DNA of 64,000 nucleotides from Aulosira sp. ZfuVER01. Lineage in GTDB: Bacteria > Cyanobacteriota > Cyanobacteriia > Cyanobacteriales > Nostocaceae. This document shows, one piece after another, positions 1 through 10,979 of the stretch; positions within the stretch are counted from its first letter, which is position 1, and each line of letters opens with the position of its first letter. Made by a program: the position numbers and the translations under genes. The DNA is taken from positions 79,393-143,392 of the forward strand of contig JAVRCV020000068.1 of assembly GCA_034530615.2 (NCBI GenBank). The letters run 5' to 3'. A model generated the notes under the pieces. That model saw only the letters and a program-made list of their open reading frames with translations. It searched no databases and was not told where the DNA came from.

Positions 1-512
1 TGGTTTAAATTCTTTTTGAGGCGGTTCCCAGTCCGACATTGCACCTGGGAACCAGCCCATACAATTTGCCATACAGGCGGTGAACTAACTAACAGCGATC
101 GCCCAAAAGTTGTCATCGCCACTCGATATTTCACTGCACTGTCTAAACGATCGCTCTGGTTAAGTTGCGTAATCGTCACTAAAGCCTGATTTCGTTGCGG
201 ATAAACTATCTCTACCTTACGTGTTCCTACCTCTGATGCTGTATCATCAAAAGCACTCAAGGCGAGAGTAGCTGGATCGCTACCTTGGAGAGTAGAGTTA
301 ATACTTGCAAGCGGTATAGTTTTATAGTGGCTACGCTCTGGATAGGTTTCAACATCTTGAGATATCTGAGTTGCTGTTACCTGCTGTGCTTGACCATTTC
401 TCGTCTCAAGACTTTGTGCAGATGGCTGGTGTTCAGAGAAATAAACTCCTGCGCCAGCAGTGGCAAACAGACCTATCATCACAATCAAGAACAATTTCCA
501 CTTTACTGTCAT
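1..512 (-). CDS. Hypothetical secreted/membrane-anchored protein (3' end beyond window)
   Basis: Hand translation from ATG 512 (MTVKWKLFLIVMIGLFATAGAGVYFS...) stays open to position 1; hydrophobic N-terminus. Confidence 0.7.
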   Translation of the reverse strand, partial: MTVKWKLFLIVMIGLFATAGAGVYFSEHQPSAQSLETRNGQAQQVTATQISQDVETYPERSHYKTIPLASINSTLQGSDPATLALSAFDDTASEVGTRKVEIVYPQRNQALVTITQLNQSDRLDSAVKYRVAMTTFGRSLLVSSPPVWQIVWAGSQVQCRTGNRLKKNLN

Positions 513-813
513 AAAATTAAACAAAAATTTCAAACAAGTAAATTATTAATTTTGAATTTTAGATTGAAGCTTAACCGCCGAGCCTCTACCTTCTGGTTAT
601 CAGTAGCCTTTATTGTATGGTGGGTGATTATACGGAAAATAGAGATAAATAACAAACTCATTTGATTGCTGAACAACTTGCTGTGGACGTTGACTGTTAG
701 CTCATACTTTGCGATCGCAATTGCATCGTGAAGAACCATTGAGAATTGCTATATTATTTAGACCTTCATTTCGTCTTTAGGTTCCTTGGGCATGGGGCAT
801 TGGTGATTTGTCA

Positions 814-870
814 TTTGTCCTCCTTGTCCCCCTTGTCCTCCTTGTCCCCCTTGCCCCCTGCCTCCTGCCT
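814..870. repeat. STRR-type short tandem repeat (CCTTGTCCY, 9-bp unit)
   Basis: ttgtcctcc/ttgtccccc units in tandem upstream of pdhC. Confidence 0.8.
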
Positions 871-973
871 TTCTTGGTTAAAAATCTCCAACCTAAAACC
901 CTCGTGCCAAGATACAATTCGATCTGGTAAAAGCTGTTAAAGTCCATAAATTCATTGATTCTGAAACCACCCT

Positions 974-2275
974 ATGAGCATTTACGAAGTATTTATGCCG
1001 GCGCTGAGTTCCACCATGACCGAAGGCAAGATTGTTTCTTGGGTGAAGTCGCCAGGCGATAAAGTGGAAAAAGGCGAAACAGTGGTGGTTGTCGAGTCAG
1101 ATAAGGCAGATATGGATGTGGAATCCTTTTATGAAGGATATTTGGCTCACATCTTAGTGCAAGCTGGTGAATCTGCGGCTGTAGGAAATGCGATCGCTTT
1201 CATTGCTGAAACAGAAGCTGAAATCGAAACTGCTAAATCTGCTGCTAATTCTGGTAGCGCTGCTGCGCCTGCCACCACCTCTCCCGAACCAATTGCGGCA
1301 AGTGTTTCGGCTCCAACACCAGCTTTGGCGTCTCAAAATGGCTCAAACCACCGAGAAGGAAGGCTCGTAGTTTCACCCCGCGCTCGGAAGTTGGCAAAAG
1401 AGCTAAAAGTTGATTTGAAGACGCTTCAAGGCAGTGGCCCCTACGGTCGTATTATTGCTGAGGATGTGGAAGCAGCTGCAAATCAGGGTAAGCCCGCCGC
1501 TACCGCACCAGTTGCACCGCCACCATCTGTACCAACAACCACTCCAGTAGCACCACTATCTCGTCCAGCCGCACCCGCACCCGCCGCCGCTAGTGCTGTT
1601 CCGGGTCAGATAGCACCTTTCACTACTTTCCAGAGTGCATTAGTCCGGAACATGGTAGCTACCCTATCTGTACCTGTCTTCCGCGTGGGTTACACAATTA
1701 CCACTGATGGACTAGACAAGCTTTATAAGCAGATTAAATCCAAAGGTGTGACCATGACAGCGCTATTGGCGAAAGCTGTAGCAGTAACGCTGCAAAAACA
1801 CCCATTACTCAATGCTAGCTACTCAGAGCAAGGAATTGTCTATCATTCTGATATCAACATTTCCGTAGCTGTAGCAATGGATGATGGCGGATTGATTACA
1901 CCTGTGTTAAAAAATGCAGACTTAGTAGATATTTATTCCTTATCGCGCAGTTGGAAGTCTTTGGTAGACCGTGCGAGAGCAAAACAACTGCAACCAGACG
2001 AATACAACAGCGGCACTTTTACTGTGTCCAACTTGGGGATGTTTGGTGTAGACACATTTGATGCGATTTTACCAACCGGACAAGGTGCGATTTTAGCAAT
2101 TGGTGCATCTCGCCCGCAAGTTGTAGCAACACCTGATGGTTTGTTTGCTGTGCGTCAACAAATGCAGGTAAATATTACCGCCGATCATCGAATTATTTAC
2201 GGTGCTCATGCTGCTGCATTCTTGCAAGATTTAGCTAAATTGATTGAGACAGATGCTCAATCTTTGACACTGTAA
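974..2275 (+). CDS. pdhC: Pyruvate dehydrogenase E2 (dihydrolipoamide acetyltransferase)
   Basis: Lipoyl motif ESDKADM, E3-binding SPRARKLA/GSGPYGRI, Ala/Pro linker, catalytic DHRIIYGA. Confidence 0.97.
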   Translation: MSIYEVFMPALSSTMTEGKIVSWVKSPGDKVEKGETVVVVESDKADMDVESFYEGYLAHILVQAGESAAVGNAIAFIAETEAEIETAKSAANSGSAAAPATTSPEPIAASVSAPTPALASQNGSNHREGRLVVSPRARKLAKELKVDLKTLQGSGPYGRIIAEDVEAAANQGKPAATAPVAPPPSVPTTTPVAPLSRPAAPAPAAASAVPGQIAPFTTFQSALVRNMVATLSVPVFRVGYTITTDGLDKLYKQIKSKGVTMTALLAKAVAVTLQKHPLLNASYSEQGIVYHSDINISVAVAMDDGGLITPVLKNADLVDIYSLSRSWKSLVDRARAKQLQPDEYNSGTFTVSNLGMFGVDTFDAILPTGQGAILAIGASRPQVVATPDGLFAVRQQMQVNITADHRIIYGAHAAAFLQDLAKLIETDAQSLTL

Positions 2276-2951
2276 TCAAAATTTCTTAATCGAAGAAAGT
2301 TAAATTTTAGACTTGGAGATAAATCAACTCCAAGTCTTTCTATTTTGTTAGTTAAGTAAGTCGCTGGAGAAATTTATAGATATGTAACAAACAGTTCACC
2401 ATAAGAACGAAAGTTAAATCTTACACGTTACGTGCTGTAGTTTCACTTTCTCCTCTTGTTTAAATTCCATCAATCACAGCATAGGCAATGTATAACTCAT
2501 CCTCAAAAGTTTTCGAGGCTAGTTCATCTTTTTTAGGTGTTGCCACTCCAATACACGGCTACTCATATCGTTGTTACCGTACTAGATACATTATATGTAT
2601 TTACTTATCTTCACATAGTTTGGTTTTTTAAGTCTTTCTACTTATATAGAAGGATAGTTATTTATCATAAAAACCTATCTTTTGATAGATATAATCTAAG
2701 AGCTTTTATTATAGATTAACTTATATTAAGTCATAAGATAACAATATTAATAATTAAAAGTTAAATTTATAGCTATTAAAAACTGCTGATTAAATAATAT
2801 GAGTTAAGGGCTAATTTATTTTCAATATTTGACAATACTTATCAAAAAAATCTAGAGTCTTCTGATACTAAAACTTTCCAATCTCATGGAAATATAAAAT
2901 TTATTTGTAACTTTCCAAAAATTTATTTAGATAAATACTAATTTTTATTTT

Positions 2952-5167
2952 ATGAATAATCTTAACATAATCTTGCAATTAATTTCCCTTTTTTGGCCTT
3001 CGATATTTCTTTTAATTTTGATTATAGCTTTTACTATATATCCTTTTTATCATATAAGAACGAAAAAGATAGATTCTTATATTAGGGATATAAGAAAATT
3101 TACATTAGCTTTTATTAATAACACTATTGAATTAGCAACAATTATTATAGTTATTATTTTGTCGATAAGGCTATTGTTTAGCATATTCAATAATGAGTTT
3201 TTTTTAGATATAGTTAGAATTATAAAAAAAGACGAAATAAGTGTATTATTTAACTATATTGTAAATCTTTTACAGGTTATATGCATTATATTTTTACTGG
3301 GAACTATAGTTTTATTTTTAAGGTGGTTATCTAGTAAAGCCAAAGGTACAGTAATTCTTCCATTTGAGGATACAACAAACGAAAAATTTGGAAAAAAAGT
3401 CGGACAAGCAATTAGTGATTCTCTATCCTCCGAACTCCACCGAATTTGGCAAATTTATGTAAGTTATTCAGATATTCTTGAGCGTGAAGAAGAGTTTATA
3501 AGGCTTGAAACACAAAACCTGTTCTATCCTTCTCCAATAAGTTCTAATCAAGAACAACTTATAAATCAATTAGTTAATGTTGGAACTTTAGAGTATGGTA
3601 AGACAAAATTTTCTATAGGTGCGTTACTTTTAATATTAAAATATTTATGGCCTTTCGGTGGAGTAGAACGCTTAATTACAGGAAGTATACAAGCATTGGG
3701 TTCAAAGATTCGTTTAGTAGTTAAATTAGAATCTGGTAATGAAATAAAAATATGGGAAGTAACCCACGAAAATGTAGAGAATGGGTTATTCCCTGAAATA
3801 ATAAGAGAGCTTGCTTACAAACTTAGCCAATTTTTAATATCTAATAATCAACAAAGCTCATGGAAAGCATTTAAAAATTATACTGAAGCTATTTCTAAGT
3901 TTAATGAATATCGGACAAATAAAGACTTTTATAAATTAACGCAACAGTTTGCCGAACTAAATGAATTGTGTATAAATAACTCTTTGAAACAACTTGAAGA
4001 ATCATTAGGATATTGTTTGCAAGCTATAAATCATGACGTTTATAATCCGGATATTTCAGTTTTTATGTATTATCTTGGAGCTTCTTATATTGAAGTAGGA
4101 AAGCTTGATATTGCAAAAAAATTATTCACTTATGCTATGAAAATTGATAAAATATATATTTCTACATTGGTCTTGCAAATGTATACTTAAAACAAGAAAA
4201 ATATAATTATGCTAGCGAGTATTATGAATACGTTAAGGGGAAAGATGATAAATTACCTTATTCCTATAACGGGCTTGGAATTATATATGCCATAAAGGGA
4301 GAGTATATTAAAGCGCTTGATTATTATAATGAAGCTATAAAGCGAAAGGAAAATTTTTGGAAACCTTATCATAATAGAGCCATCCTATTATTATATCATT
4401 TTTCACACAATAATAAAGCTAGAATGATTGCAAGAATAGATATTGGGCAAGCCAAATCACATTCAAGATATAAAAATGCAGCACCTTATTCTGCACTAGG
4501 TTTAATAAATTTTCATGATGCAATTGAAAATAAATTTTCAAATAATGAAGGACAAATTGAATTAACAGAAGAAGGAAAAAAATTATTAACAGCGGCACGA
4601 TTAGAAATACAACAGGCTATAAATATTGAATATGAACCTTCTTATTATCCTGAATATTATTGGAATTTGGGCTTAATATTACTTTGGCAATGCAACTTAG
4701 AAGAAACTTATAATGCTTGGCAAAAGGCTTTCAGTTTTGCATTAAAATATAAAGAGAATGAAATTTGTAAAACTGTTTATGAATATGCTTTAAATATTTT
4801 AAATAATAAAAATACGACAGAGTCATCTAATACTTTTAATTATAAAGAATATTTGAGCAAAATTCAGACTCGTCTAAATGAAGCAGGACAATCATCTAAA
4901 ACCGGACGTATTGAAATGATGCTAGACGATCTTTACACAATTCAAGAAGCCGCAAATATTTGGAATAAAAAGCAATTATTGAACTTGGAAGAATTGGGAA
5001 AGATTATTGAAGTTTTTAAGGATAAAATTGGTAAGCATACAAAACCTCAAAATAATAACGAAGATAAATCTAAGGAGAATGATAGCAAGGTAGATAAGCT
5101 TTTAGATAAACTGTATTCAAGCTATTCTCATAAGGGGATGACAAATCAGATACAGCACACAAAATAG
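2952..5167 (+). pseudogene. Membrane-anchored TPR protein split by a frameshift near 4150-4161
   Basis: ORF 2952-4190 has N-terminal TM helices. The frame of ORF 4424-5167 is open back to about 4157 and reads as TPR repeats (YIGLANVYLKQEKY..YNGLGIIYAIKGEY). AT-rich. Confidence 0.7.
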
Positions 5168-5420
5168 AGGAGTATGATCGTTTTGAGATCACAGAATAGG
5201 TCAAGTCTTCTCAAAAAGACCTATCAAATGATAATTTAATCTCAATTCAACAAGAACTGCTTTCAAAATGTACTGGCACCCTTGCAGAAAAGATGCTCTC
5301 AATCTTAATTATGGTCGTTCGAAATAACAATGTTAATTTTACTCAGAAAATCATAACATCCTGACCAAAATAGGTATCTTTGGCGTAAATTTTCAAAGTA
5401 ATTGATAATAGGATACTTGT

Positions 5421-5789
5421 ATGGCAGACAAGGAAATTGTCAATTTTATTAGTGGACATCTAGACCTAACTCAGGCGGAATTTGATTTGCACTACCGCTT
5501 TTTGATTGATCGGGCTATCGAACAATATCAAAGTTTTGTTGTGGGAGATGCGCGAGGTGCAGATTTACTTGCACAGCAATATCTTTTTGCAAAAACAGAC
5601 GCGGTTGTTGTCTATCATATGTTCACGAGTCCTCGGAATAACGTTGGATTTTCAACTCGCGGTGGATTTGAAAGTGACGCAGAGCGAGATGCACAAATGA
5701 CACGTGATTCTCATCAAGATATTGCTTGGGTAAGACCAGGTAGAGAACGGTCTGGAACACAGGCGAATCTAGATAGAAGGTTCATATAG
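5421..5789 (+). CDS. Small SLOG/DprA-like Rossmannoid protein
   Basis: FISGH and VVGDARGAD motifs, and a terminal SGT..N, resemble the SLOG superfamily. Confidence 0.55.
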   Translation: MADKEIVNFISGHLDLTQAEFDLHYRFLIDRAIEQYQSFVVGDARGADLLAQQYLFAKTDAVVVYHMFTSPRNNVGFSTRGGFESDAERDAQMTRDSHQDIAWVRPGRERSGTQANLDRRFI

Positions 5790-5826
5790 CTTGGTAATTT
5801 CGTAAACTGCGGTTGTTTTCGGCAAA

Positions 5827-7308
5827 ATGCTCAATCAAAACCAAACACCATTAATAGACGCTTTAAAAGCTTGTGCAGCAAGCCCTCATACTCCCTTTTA
5901 CACTCCAGGACATAAACGGGGAGAGGGAATTGCTCAACCCTTAGCTGATTTACTTGGTAAAGCTGTGTTTAGCGCTGATTTAACAGAGTTAGGGGATTTA
6001 GATAATTTGTTTGCACCCCAAGGCGCGATCCGACAGGCGCAACAACTTGCGGCTGAAGCTTTTGGCGCTAAACAAACATGGTTTTTGGTCAATGGTTCTA
6101 CCTGTGGAATAGAAGCAGCTATTCTCGCTACTTGTGGCACAGGGGATAAAATTATTCTGCCGCGAAATGTGCATTCCTCTGCGATCGCCGGTTTAATTCT
6201 CTCTGGTGCTATACCAATTTTTCTCAATCCTGAATACGATCCAGTTTTAGATATTGCCCACAGTATTACACCAACTGCCGTAAAATCTGCCTTACAACAG
6301 CATCCCGATGCAAAAGCAGTGTTCGCACTGTACCCAACATATTACGGCGTTTGTGGAGATTTGGAAGCGATCGCCCAAATTACCCATAGCTACAATATCC
6401 CTTTACTCGTAGATGAAGCCCACGGCGCACACTTTGCTTTTCATCCCGAATTACCTACCCCAGCCTTAGCCTCTGGTGCAGATTTAACTGTACAATCCAT
6501 CCACAAAACTCTGGGTGCAATGACCCAAGCTTCCATGCTGCACGTTCAAGGAAACAGGATAGATTGCGATCGTGTAACTAAAGCTTTGCAATTAGTCCAG
6601 TCTACCAGCCCCAGCTATATACTTTTAGCTTCCCTGGATGCGGCACGTCAGCAAATGGCATTGCATGGCAAACAGCTCATGTCTCGTACTTTGCAACTTG
6701 CAGATGCAGCCAGAACCAGAATTAGCCAAATTTCGGGTTTATCGGTTTTAGATATTCCCCAAGTAAAATCATCTGGCTTTGTAGCTTTGGATAGAACCCG
6801 CCTCACTGTCAAGGTTTCTGGCTTAGGTCTAACAGGATTTGAGGCTGAGGAAATTTTAGATGAAAAACTTGGCGTTACGGCTGAATTCTCGTCGCTGCAA
6901 CATCTGACGTTTATTATTAGTCTCGGCAATACCCAAGCTGATATTGAGCAGTTGGTTCGGGGTTTTACTACTTTGGCTCAGATAACCCCACCGCTACCGG
7001 AAAAAAAGCAGTTCATTTTCTGGGATGATATTTTTAAGTTGGGTAATTCTGTGCAAATTTCTCCCCGTCAGGCCTTTTTTACCCCTACAGAAACTTTACC
7101 TCTAGAAGAAACGAGCGATCGCATCTGTGCAGAAATTGTTTGCCCCTATCCCCCAGGAATACCCATATTAATGCCTGGAGAATTAATTACTAAATCTGCT
7201 CTTGAATACTTGCGACACATCCAAGCAACAGGTGGATTGATTACTGGTTGCCAAGATTTGAGCCTCACAAATCTTAAAGTTCTCATAGAAGGAGACAACC
7301 TATTGTAA
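5827..7308 (+). CDS. PLP-dependent Orn/Lys/Arg decarboxylase family protein
   Basis: TPGHK, NGST, DEAHG, QSIHKT (PLP lysine), STSPSY, PYPPGIP motifs. Confidence 0.93.
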   Translation: MLNQNQTPLIDALKACAASPHTPFYTPGHKRGEGIAQPLADLLGKAVFSADLTELGDLDNLFAPQGAIRQAQQLAAEAFGAKQTWFLVNGSTCGIEAAILATCGTGDKIILPRNVHSSAIAGLILSGAIPIFLNPEYDPVLDIAHSITPTAVKSALQQHPDAKAVFALYPTYYGVCGDLEAIAQITHSYNIPLLVDEAHGAHFAFHPELPTPALASGADLTVQSIHKTLGAMTQASMLHVQGNRIDCDRVTKALQLVQSTSPSYILLASLDAARQQMALHGKQLMSRTLQLADAARTRISQISGLSVLDIPQVKSSGFVALDRTRLTVKVSGLGLTGFEAEEILDEKLGVTAEFSSLQHLTFIISLGNTQADIEQLVRGFTTLAQITPPLPEKKQFIFWDDIFKLGNSVQISPRQAFFTPTETLPLEETSDRICAEIVCPYPPGIPILMPGELITKSALEYLRHIQATGGLITGCQDLSLTNLKVLIEGDNLL

Positions 7309-7574
7309 TGAGGTTAGTAACGCTTAGTGAAATTCACAATTCACAATTTGTAATATCAATTTTAAAACAATAATGCGATAGATGAGTAAGGCACGAAGAG
7401 AAGAAGTATAGAGAGAATTTGGCGCGGCTTGACAAAGACGGAATGAGTTATGAAAATTATTTTTTAACTAACCGCAAAGTAGGCGAAGCAGAAAATTTTA
7501 CGAAATATGTAAGACTACTATATTTATCATATTGACATGAGAAATATTTCCGGAGATTATAGAAATATCTCTCG

Positions 7575-8132
7575 ATGAAAAAAGTATTAAAATTTTACTG
7601 TCCCATTAATAAGTTTACAAAAATAGATAATATGAAAATTAAAATTTTGATCTCAGTAGTTGCTATTTCACTAGTAACCACTGTTAACGGAGTAGTTTTT
7701 GCTCAAACTCCTAATAGGACAACTGCACCTGCTACAAATACTCAAGACCCAGATAAGATAAATAACATCAAGAAATTATTAGAAATAACTGGGACAAAAA
7801 CCCTCTCAAGACAAATCATCAATCAAATGCTAGTTGCTTTGAAAGGCGAATATCCTCAAGTACCGCAAAAATTTTGGGATACTTTTGTAGCAGAGCTAAA
7901 ACCAGAGGATATGACCAATGAATTTATTCCTATTTACAGCAAATATTTTACAAATGATGAGATAAAACAAATCATTGCCTTTTATCAAACACCAATAGGA
8001 CAAAAAACTCTTACGGTTCTTCCTCAGCTTTCTAGAGAATCGGCAGCTATTGGTATAAGATATGGAAAAGAAGCTGCCGCTAGAGCTATTAAGAAATTAG
8101 AAGCCGAAGGATATATTCACCGTCGTCAGTAA
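7575..8132 (+). CDS. DUF2059-like exported protein (true start may be the internal MKIKIL)
   Basis: Signal peptide; IYSKYFTNDEIKQIIAFYQTPIGQK motif. Confidence 0.75.
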   Translation: MKKVLKFYCPINKFTKIDNMKIKILISVVAISLVTTVNGVVFAQTPNRTTAPATNTQDPDKINNIKKLLEITGTKTLSRQIINQMLVALKGEYPQVPQKFWDTFVAELKPEDMTNEFIPIYSKYFTNDEIKQIIAFYQTPIGQKTLTVLPQLSRESAAIGIRYGKEAAARAIKKLEAEGYIHRRQ

Positions 8133-8136
8133 AAGT

Positions 8137-8748
8137 TTATTTAAACCTGATTTGATTTGCTTGTAGGTAAACGATTTGGTTTTTTAATCCTTGAGCTTCA
8201 GTAGCTGTTAAACCCTTCCATTGCTGCTGTGCTTGTTTTACACTAGGCACTGGTTTGAGTACGCCTGCTAGATCTAGAGTCTGTCCTTTTTTGACAACAA
8301 TTTTGTTTTCAGCAGTTCCTGCATCTAAATTGGGAGCTAAAACCACGAATACTCGTTGAGTATTACTTGAACCAACCCAAAAAGTGCGATCGCCTACTAC
8401 ACTTTGAACGTTCACATTTGTAAACTGCACTGGTCTATTTACCAGTGTCTGTTTGTTAGCATTGGTAATTAATAATACGTCCGTTATTGGTTCAGTCTGA
8501 ACAATAGTTGTCACTTGTGGGCTTGGGGTGACAACAACGGTAGTTGTTGGCTGTGGCGTAGCAGTAACGGTAACTGTTGCTTGTGGTGTAGGAACGACAA
8601 CAACATCAGGTTGCTTCGGCTCGGGAACACAAGCAGTAATTACACTACTAAATAGTGTTAAAATCGTTACTTTACCAAGCCAAGACTTTGTACTAATAAG
8701 ATTACTATAGCTTTGTATGATGTTTAAAGCGTACTTATGACTATGCAT
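8137..8748 (-). CDS. Putative lipoprotein with Pro/Thr/Val-rich linker
   Basis: Lipobox-like ITAC followed by PTPQ repeats. Confidence 0.65.
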   Translation of the reverse strand: MHSHKYALNIIQSYSNLISTKSWLGKVTILTLFSSVITACVPEPKQPDVVVVPTPQATVTVTATPQPTTTVVVTPSPQVTTIVQTEPITDVLLITNANKQTLVNRPVQFTNVNVQSVVGDRTFWVGSSNTQRVFVVLAPNLDAGTAENKIVVKKGQTLDLAGVLKPVPSVKQAQQQWKGLTATEAQGLKNQIVYLQANQIRFK

Positions 8749-8972
8749 TTTACTATTAAGATACTTAATACTAAGTTGATTTAACTATTAAGGCTTTTAG
8801 CATTTGAGACTTATAAAAATCCTAAGCCTAGATGCTCCAGGCGCAGAATAAAAGCTGGTATTACCTTAATATGCTTACTTTAAATAATAAGAAGATAATT
8901 TCGCTTCTATCTAACGGAATAATATCAAAGCAGAGACTATTCCAGTATTTTTGTGTAGTGCGATCGCGCTGC

Positions 8973-10979
8973 TCAGTTATGATGAAAATGTTTTTGTAAC
9001 ATTACCAGCCAGGCTTGAATAGCAGATTTTAATCTTGCTCTTTCAGTTTCTTTAATACCTTGAGGATCGAAGCGATCGCGGTAATGCAGTTCAACTAGCG
9101 ATGTCAAATCAGCAATTAAATCTGAGCTAGGTAATTCTTCTTCCAGTCTCTTGATCCAGTTTTTTAAAGACTCTGAAGGATGACGGCTTAAACCTAACTC
9201 TTGTAACCTTTTTTCAATTAAATAAAATTCATAATCTCTTTTATTTACATCAGATTTTGCAACTTGTTTAGTTAATATTTGTTTCGTAGATAAACGGCGA
9301 ACTTGATTCTTAGAATTAAACTTCCACAACCGCAGAAATATTAATGGCAAAATCAGCCACCATCCATATTTAAATAGATTGCTAACTAAACTAGAACGTA
9401 ACCAGCCTGAGAGTTTGAAACTAAAAAACGACCATAAATCAGAGATAAATGCTAATTTAGAAGCATTTGCATTCTCAATACTTGTCCAATCAGCAGGTGT
9501 GGTGTCAAAAGCTTGCCATCTACCATTTATATATGCCAATGTCCAAGCATGAGCATGGCGGCTACGAACTATGTATTGGTTCTCTAATTGGCTAAATTCG
9601 TGAACCGAATACCCTACAGCATAACGCGCTGGTATACCCGCCGCCCGTAAAAGCAGTGTGGTTGCAGTGGCAAAATATTCACAGTGTCCAGCGCGAGTTT
9701 TCAATAAAAATGTTGATAAAGGTGTTGACTGATTGTTTTTACCTGTAAGTTTCAAAGAATAACGAAAATTTTTAATCAAAAAGCTATCCACACGTTCTAA
9801 AATTGCTTGGGGCGATTTTCCTGTAATATCTAGTTGCCTAATAATTTGGTTTACTGCTTCTCTTTCTGATTTGGCTATTTGCAGATCGTCTTCTGTTGGT
9901 GGGCTATCCAAAGAAAGACTTTTATTAAATAAGATTCGGTAAGCGATCGCATCAGTTTTTCCCTCTACTTTCACCGTACCATATTTATTTTTCTCCATTT
10001 GGCTGACTGGTAATTCTTCAATTTCAAATGTTCCGTCAGCTAGCCTTAACAAGCCTTTACCTTGATTAAGGGTTGCAGAAATCGTAAGTTTTGAGCTATT
10101 GCCTGAGTTATTGCCTAAACGCCAACTCTTACCATTAATCTCAGGTTGTACAGGAGTAAAAGTAGAATTTGATGCCACCCAAAAAGCAGATTTATATTTA
10201 TCATAAGTTGCTTCTTTTAGCAGCCCGGGAGCAACTTTTTGACTATCAGCAGCAACTCGAAAAATAATCTCATTTGACTGTTTTAATGTTCCAATCTCAC
10301 CGATACTAGTTTGCTTTGTTGTTGAGTCTGTTAGTTGTCCAATACTGTTATTATTGCTTAACCATGCAACAACCGTATCTTCTAACTTCTGTTGTAGATG
10401 ATATACACCTATTTGTCCTATAAATCCCATAATTCCAGCAAGCAGAATGAGACTCAGCCAAATACCAGGTGAAAATCGTTGCGATCGGATATACCAAAAG
10501 GCAATACTTGTCAGTAAAAACATCCCGATATAAAAAGATATATCCCTAGTATTAGCGACTCCAGCAGATAAAATACAGAGAGCAAAATAGGGATAACCTA
10601 AACTAATAATGTAGCTGTTTGATTCTGCTTTAATGAGATTTTTTAATGATACAAAAAGTGTGCGAATATCAATACTTTCATTTACAGAGTATGTTTGAGC
10701 AGCCAGCAGGGGAAAAAATACTAATGGAAACCACTGCAACAGAGTATAAACTAAGTAAATTGAGCGTTGAGTAGTTAAAAGAGAAACAAATACAATAATC
10801 AGAATCATCAAACACAGATTAGCAATGCGTCGGAAATCATCAGGGGAGAAATCCCAACGCGAGTTAATCAAGCGATATCCTGATAAAATCGCAGCCATTG
10901 GTATGGCAAAAATCCACATTCCTGTCTGCCAACCCCAAAAGATTAAAGCAGCACTCAGGAGAAGCACTGGCGCTTTCAT
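8973..10979 (-). CDS. Transglutaminase-like membrane protein (TgpA type)
   Basis: Multiple TM helices; GHCEYFA, HAW and FDTTP catalytic-triad motifs. Confidence 0.88.
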   Translation of the reverse strand: MKAPVLLLSAALIFWGWQTGMWIFAIPMAAILSGYRLINSRWDFSPDDFRRIANLCLMILIIVFVSLLTTQRSIYLVYTLLQWFPLVFFPLLAAQTYSVNESIDIRTLFVSLKNLIKAESNSYIISLGYPYFALCILSAGVANTRDISFYIGMFLLTSIAFWYIRSQRFSPGIWLSLILLAGIMGFIGQIGVYHLQQKLEDTVVAWLSNNNSIGQLTDSTTKQTSIGEIGTLKQSNEIIFRVAADSQKVAPGLLKEATYDKYKSAFWVASNSTFTPVQPEINGKSWRLGNNSGNSSKLTISATLNQGKGLLRLADGTFEIEELPVSQMEKNKYGTVKVEGKTDAIAYRILFNKSLSLDSPPTEDDLQIAKSEREAVNQIIRQLDITGKSPQAILERVDSFLIKNFRYSLKLTGKNNQSTPLSTFLLKTRAGHCEYFATATTLLLRAAGIPARYAVGYSVHEFSQLENQYIVRSRHAHAWTLAYINGRWQAFDTTPADWTSIENANASKLAFISDLWSFFSFKLSGWLRSSLVSNLFKYGWWLILPLIFLRLWKFNSKNQVRRLSTKQILTKQVAKSDVNKRDYEFYLIEKRLQELGLSRHPSESLKNWIKRLEEELPSSDLIADLTSLVELHYRDRFDPQGIKETERARLKSAIQAWLVMLQKHFHHN

